From the NCBI GenBank assembly GCA_964543795.1, contig CAZIZN010000004.1, forward strand, positions 189,176-253,175: a stretch of 64,000 bases of DNA, given 5' to 3'. A model generated the notes under the pieces. It was given only the letters and a program-made list of their open reading frames with translations. It was not told the origin of the DNA and did not search any database. This document shows positions 59,948 to 64,000 of this stretch, one piece after another; the stretch's first letter is position 1; the number at the start of each line of letters is the position of its first letter. Made by a program: the position numbers and the translations under genes. This stretch comes from an uncultured candidatus Brocadiaceae bacterium. GTDB taxonomy: Bacteria > Planctomycetota > UBA1135 > UBA2386.

Positions 59948-61711
59948 TCACTCCTCGGGATGAGGTGGCGTCTCGTCGTTCGGCGGACTGCCTTCGTCGT
60001 CGCCCGGCACCGAGCCGCGCGCCACGCGGTCCTCGGGGTTCACCTGCACCACACGGCCGCGGAACTTGTCGAGCACGCGCCTCGTCGCAGCCCCGGGTTG
60101 CGCGTCCTTGGCGAGCGTCGCGACGGCCGGCGGCGCCGCCGCGGCGGCGTCCGGAAAGCGGAACTCGACGCGCACGGGACGACCGACGCACCCCTGGATC
60201 AGGCCCGCCAGTTCCTGCTGCACCGGCGGCGATGCGAGCCGGTCGCGGTAGATCTTCTTCTCCGTCTGCACGTGCAGGACGACGCGATCCTCGTGGTCGG
60301 GCCCGACGAAGCGGCACGCCTCGAGGGCCGTGTGCAGCATCGGCTTGTCGCGGCAGGCGGCGAGCACGCGCGTCCGCAGGTCGCTGCCGGCCGGCGCGGC
60401 GGCCGGCGGTGCCGTCGGCGCCGCGGCGGCCGGCGCGACGGCGGCCGGTCCGGCCGCGGGCGGCCGCCCGAACGCGGGCCGCGCGGCGCCCGGTCGCGCC
60501 GTCGCCGGCGCTGGCGCGCCCGCGACCGCACCGAGCGGAAGGCTGCGCACCTCCGCGACGAGGTCGGCGAGGCTCGGCAAGGCCCCGGCCTGGGCCATGC
60601 GCACGAGGGCGAGTTCGAGCACGACGCCGCGGTCTTCGAGCCGGCGCAGCCGTTCGCGTCCGAGGATGCCCGCGGCGATCATCGCATCGAGCTGGTGCAG
60701 TTCCGCACCGGTCGCCAGGCCGGCGAGGCGCTCGCGCAGCACACCGGTCGCGGCGACGAGACCGCTGTCGCGACCGTCGACCTTGAGCAGCATCACCGAC
60801 CGCAAGGTCTCCACGACCTCGCCGAGCGCCTCCCGCTCGTCGACGCCCTGCTGCTGCAGGTCGCGCGCGAACCGCAGCGCCGCCCCCGCATCGCCGGCCA
60901 GCAGCGCGGCGGCGACCTCGAGGCTGGCCTCGGTGCCGACGCGCGCGACCATCGACCGGTAGGCGGCGAGGTCGAAGCGCTCGCCGAGTTCGCGCGCCAG
61001 CGGCAAGACGCGTTCGAGCGCCGTCTCGGCGTCGCGCACGCCGCCGCGCACCGAGCCGGCGATCTCGAGCAGCACGTCGTCCGGCAGGACCACGCCTTCC
61101 TTGTCGGCGATCATGCGCAGCCGCCGCAGCAGGTCGTCCTCGCCCACACGACGGAACAACAGCACCTGGCAGCGCGAACGGATCGTCTCGGGCACCTTGT
61201 GCAGTTCGGTCGTCGCCAGCACGAACACCACGCCCGGCGGCGGCTCCTCGAGCGTCTTCAGCAGCGCGTTGAAGGCGCCCTTCGACAGCATGTGCACCTC
61301 GTCGAGGATGAACACGCGGTAGCGCGAGCGCATCGACGCGAACGCCGAGTGCTCGCGCAGGGCGCGCACGTCGTCGACGCTGTTGTTCGACGCGGCGTCG
61401 ATCTCGACGATGTCGGGATTGCTGCCGTCGAGGATCGACCGGCACAGGTCGCAGGTGCCGCAGGGTTCGGGAGTCGGTCCCTTCTCGCAGTTGAGGCAGC
61501 GCGCCAGGATGCGCGCCGAGGTGGTCTTGCCGACGCCGCGGCTGCCCGAGAAGAGGAACGCATGGGGGATCCGCTTCTGCGCCAACGCCACCCGCAGGGA
61601 CTGCAGGACCTCGTCCTGCCCCACCATCTCGCCGAAGGTGCGCGGCCGGAACCGCCGCGCGACCACCAGATAGGGGGCGTCCGATCCGTCCTTGCCAGGG
61701 CCCTGAGCCAT
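59948..61711 (-). CDS. dnaX: DNA polymerase III subunit gamma/tau
   Basis: ARRFRP, GSRGVGKTT, C4 motif, DEVHML, LKTLEEPP, TIRSRCQ. Confidence 0.97.
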   Translation of the reverse strand: MAQGPGKDGSDAPYLVVARRFRPRTFGEMVGQDEVLQSLRVALAQKRIPHAFLFSGSRGVGKTTSARILARCLNCEKGPTPEPCGTCDLCRSILDGSNPDIVEIDAASNNSVDDVRALREHSAFASMRSRYRVFILDEVHMLSKGAFNALLKTLEEPPPGVVFVLATTELHKVPETIRSRCQVLLFRRVGEDDLLRRLRMIADKEGVVLPDDVLLEIAGSVRGGVRDAETALERVLPLARELGERFDLAAYRSMVARVGTEASLEVAAALLAGDAGAALRFARDLQQQGVDEREALGEVVETLRSVMLLKVDGRDSGLVAATGVLRERLAGLATGAELHQLDAMIAAGILGRERLRRLEDRGVVLELALVRMAQAGALPSLADLVAEVRSLPLGAVAGAPAPATARPGAARPAFGRPPAAGPAAVAPAAAAPTAPPAAAPAGSDLRTRVLAACRDKPMLHTALEACRFVGPDHEDRVVLHVQTEKKIYRDRLASPPVQQELAGLIQGCVGRPVRVEFRFPDAAAAAPPAVATLAKDAQPGAATRRVLDKFRGRVVQVNPEDRVARGSVPGDDEGSPPNDETPPHPEE

Positions 61712-61832
61712 GCCCGCAGCATCGCCCATCGGCAGGCACGGCGGAAGAGGGCGTTGCGCCGGCGCGCGGCGGCGGCTACAAGGCTCGTCCCCGATCTCGG
61801 CCCAGGCGCCTTCCGGCGAGCAAGCTGAGCAC

Positions 61833-61923
61833 GGAGAGGTGACCGAGCGGCTTAAGGAGCTCGCTTGGAAAGCGAGTGCAGCCCAAAAGGTTGCCGGGGG
61901 TTCGAATCCCCCCCTCTCCGCCA
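61833..61923 (+). tRNA. tRNA-Ser(GGA)
   Basis: GGAGAGG/CCTCTCC acceptor stem, anticodon arm CTCGC-TTGGAAA-GCGAG, long variable arm, TTCGAAT loop, encoded CCA. Confidence 0.95.
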
Positions 61924-61939
61924 GTGTTCGCGAACGGCT

Positions 61940-62064
61940 CGCGAAGGTGGGGTCCGCCGGGTCCCGAGCAAGGGGACGGCGTGAACCTGGTCAGGTCCGG
62001 AAGGAAGCAGCCATAAGCGTGCGGTTCCTTGTGCCCGGGGTGCCTGGTGGGTTCCACCTTCGCG
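61940..62064 (+). ncRNA. ffs: Signal recognition particle RNA (small bacterial SRP); ends approximate
   Basis: Helix 8 signature GTCAGGTCCGGAAGGAAGCAGC within a long stem closed by 61940-61950/62054-62064. Confidence 0.93.
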
Positions 62065-62092
62065 GGCCGTTGGCTTTTCCGCCGCGGCCGCC

Positions 62093-62800
62093 CTACGGCG
62101 CGACCGCCAACGGCTGCAGTTCGATCCGGCGGAACTCGCAGCGCGCGCCCTCGGCCTGGATCGCGATCCGCCCGCGGTCCGCGGTGCACTCGGTGCCGTG
62201 GTTGACGAGGTCGCCGTTGACCCAGATCCGGATCTCGCGGCCGCGGCACTCGACGACCATCTCGTTCCACTCGCCGTTCGGCCTCTCGCTGCCGTCGGTG
62301 AGGTTCTGGATGCGCCGCCGCTTGTTGCCGTCGACGCCCCAGGTCTCGCGCGGACCGCGGCGCTGCTCCATGTCGGGCACGACGATGTCCTCGCCGATGC
62401 ACCAGAAGTCACCGGCGTTGCCGGCGTGCAGCTGGCACTCGATCGACTGCGGGAACATGCCGTAGAGGCGGCGCGGCGTCGAGCTGTGCACCAGCACGCC
62501 GCAGTTGCCGGGCTCGCCGGGCCAGCGCCATTCGAGCGTGAGCCGGTAGTTCGCGAACGACGCGTCGGTGATGAGGTGCCCCGGCGGATTGCCGCGCGAG
62601 ACGAGCACACCCTCTTCGACCGCGAACGACGGCTCGACGGTCGCACCGCCGTCGGCGGCCGGCACGTCGGTGTGCCAGCCCGAGAGGTCGCGGCCGTTCC
62701 AGAGCGGGATCGCCGCCGGAGTCGAAGGGGCCGACGGCGCGCCGGCGCACGCCGCGAGGAAGAGACACGGGAACGGACTGCAGCGGAAGCGACGGACCAT
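62093..62800 (-). CDS. DUF1080 (3-keto-disaccharide hydrolase family) lipoprotein
   Basis: LAA-C lipobox; LWNGRDLSGW, NYRLTLEW, GNCGV, GEWNEM, IWVNG, GRIAIQAEG. Confidence 0.9.
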   Translation of the reverse strand: MVRRFRCSPFPCLFLAACAGAPSAPSTPAAIPLWNGRDLSGWHTDVPAADGGATVEPSFAVEEGVLVSRGNPPGHLITDASFANYRLTLEWRWPGEPGNCGVLVHSSTPRRLYGMFPQSIECQLHAGNAGDFWCIGEDIVVPDMEQRRGPRETWGVDGNKRRRIQNLTDGSERPNGEWNEMVVECRGREIRIWVNGDLVNHGTECTADRGRIAIQAEGARCEFRRIELQPLAVAP

Positions 62801-62885
62801 GGCCGCAGAGGTTAGCGCGTGCACGCGAGTCGGCCATCGTGAGTCGGCGGTCGTGCACCCCGCGGCCCCGCCGCGGCGGCCGGTG

Positions 62886-64000
62886 TCAGCGCACCGCGAT
62901 CGCGACCGCGTCGCTGACCACGAGGCCCAGCGGATTGGCGGCGCTGAACACCGCCCACTGCGCGAAGAACCGCACGCCGGCGATCGGCGGCGTGGTGACC
63001 GTGCGGCTCGCCGCGCCGTTCTGGATCGTCGACAGCAGGCTCACCTCCAGCGACACGAGTTCGTCGCAACCGGGTGCGCCGAGGAAACCCAGATCCGTGG
63101 GCAGCGGGCCGAACGGACCCGCGGCGTCGGACAGGCCGAGCACGAGGAAGGCGACGCCGGGCACGTCGTCGGCATCGCGCAGCGACAGGTCGAAGGTCTG
63201 GGTCTGCAGCGGCATGCCCGACCAGCCCATGCGCGGCTCGAGGCCGTTGGTGCCCGGGCAGCCGCGGCCGTAGAGCAGGAACGGTTCTTCGTGCGCCGCC
63301 GCGACGCCGCTCGGCACCGACGTGTCGAGCGAGAGCTGCGTCGGCCAGGTGTTGCTCGCGACGTCGTAGAGGCCGAAGGCGCGCGCGCTCGTGCCGAAGC
63401 CGGGCACGTTGCCGACGACGTTCGACCACGGGTTGATCGCGGTGCCGTTGCAGTTCGACTGCGGCGCGGTGGCACCGACGTTGATCTGCGCGGAGGTCTG
63501 GTTGGGCACCCGGGGATCGACGAGATGCAGCCGGCCGCTGATGCGGCCGACGAGCACCATGCCGTCGCGCGCGAGGTCCATGGCGAACGCACTGCCGCCG
63601 AGGAACGCCAGCGGCGTCAGCGTCGGCGCTGCGCTCTCGGCGTCGAGCGACCAGACGTTCGCGGGATCGGGCGTGGATGCGGTGTGCGACGTGCCGACGA
63701 AGATCTCGCGGCCGTTCGTCGCGATCGACTGGCCGAGGCCCAGCACACCCTGCGCGGCGAGATTGAGCACGATCGTCGGCGCGCCGCCCGCGACGGGGAT
63801 CCAGCCGACGTTGCCGGCGTCGGTCACGAACCAGATCTGGTCGCGACGCAGCGTCAGCGCGCTGACCGAACCGGTGTCGATCGGACCCGTCGTGAGCGCC
63901 GTCTCGAGCACGACGGCGCCGCCTGCGATCACGACGCGGAAGATCTCGCAGGGATTGGGCACCGGCACCGAGGCGCTGCGGAACGTGCCGTAGTAGACGA
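62886..64000 (-). CDS. Beta-propeller-like protein with shared Cys-containing C-terminal domain, 5'-truncated by window edge
   Basis: Frame open to the window end; ends YGRGC...GAPGC...FFAQW...GLVVSDAVAIAVR. Confidence 0.75.
   Translation of the reverse strand, partial: VYYGTFRSASVPVPNPCEIFRVVIAGGAVVLETALTTGPIDTGSVSALTLRRDQIWFVTDAGNVGWIPVAGGAPTIVLNLAAQGVLGLGQSIATNGREIFVGTSHTASTPDPANVWSLDAESAAPTLTPLAFLGGSAFAMDLARDGMVLVGRISGRLHLVDPRVPNQTSAQINVGATAPQSNCNGTAINPWSNVVGNVPGFGTSARAFGLYDVASNTWPTQLSLDTSVPSGVAAAHEEPFLLYGRGCPGTNGLEPRMGWSGMPLQTQTFDLSLRDADDVPGVAFLVLGLSDAAGPFGPLPTDLGFLGAPGCDELVSLEVSLLSTIQNGAASRTVTTPPIAGVRFFAQWAVFSAANPLGLVVSDAVAIAVR

Noticed and set aside
61840-61860. A-A mismatch at the base of the tRNA-Ser D-stem
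   Set aside because: D-stems of class II tRNAs are short and variable; all other elements are canonical.
61833-61923. tRNA-Ser as an integration site for the accessory block
   Set aside because: No duplicated tRNA 3' end or integrase was seen, and the block lies on the far side of dnaX.

Overview
A very GC-rich (about 70% by eye) bacterial chromosome segment. Its gene content points to Planctomycetota: an ECF sigma/Ser-Thr kinase pair, DUF1080, and many orphan secreted proteins (inference). The housekeeping backbone is nth, lon, glpK, lysA, ybeY, phoH, cdsA, uppS, purA, a leuB-like dehydrogenase, pilT, truA, rpoN, hrpB, recR, ybaB, dnaX, tRNA-Ser(GGA) and SRP RNA, interleaved with about 20 uncharacterised, mostly secreted proteins. 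I found no integrase, transposase, phage gene or CRISPR array. Five observations stand out. (1) A tandem pair of ~114-nt structured units at 10168-10421, with different but perfectly paired outer stems and an identical 15-nt loop, that I cannot match to any RNA family I know. (2) A Cys-containing C-terminal domain shared by at least 4, possibly 6, otherwise different secreted proteins, a candidate sorting or anchoring signal. (3) A sigma54 module with enhancer-binding protein, palindromic UAS and -24/-12 promoter upstream of the operon containing the tandem RNA. (4) A 14-kb accessory block splitting dnaX from ybaB-recR. (5) Widespread -10 boxes directly before start codons, suggesting leaderless mRNAs. 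All family assignments come from motif recognition by eye; no database search was run.
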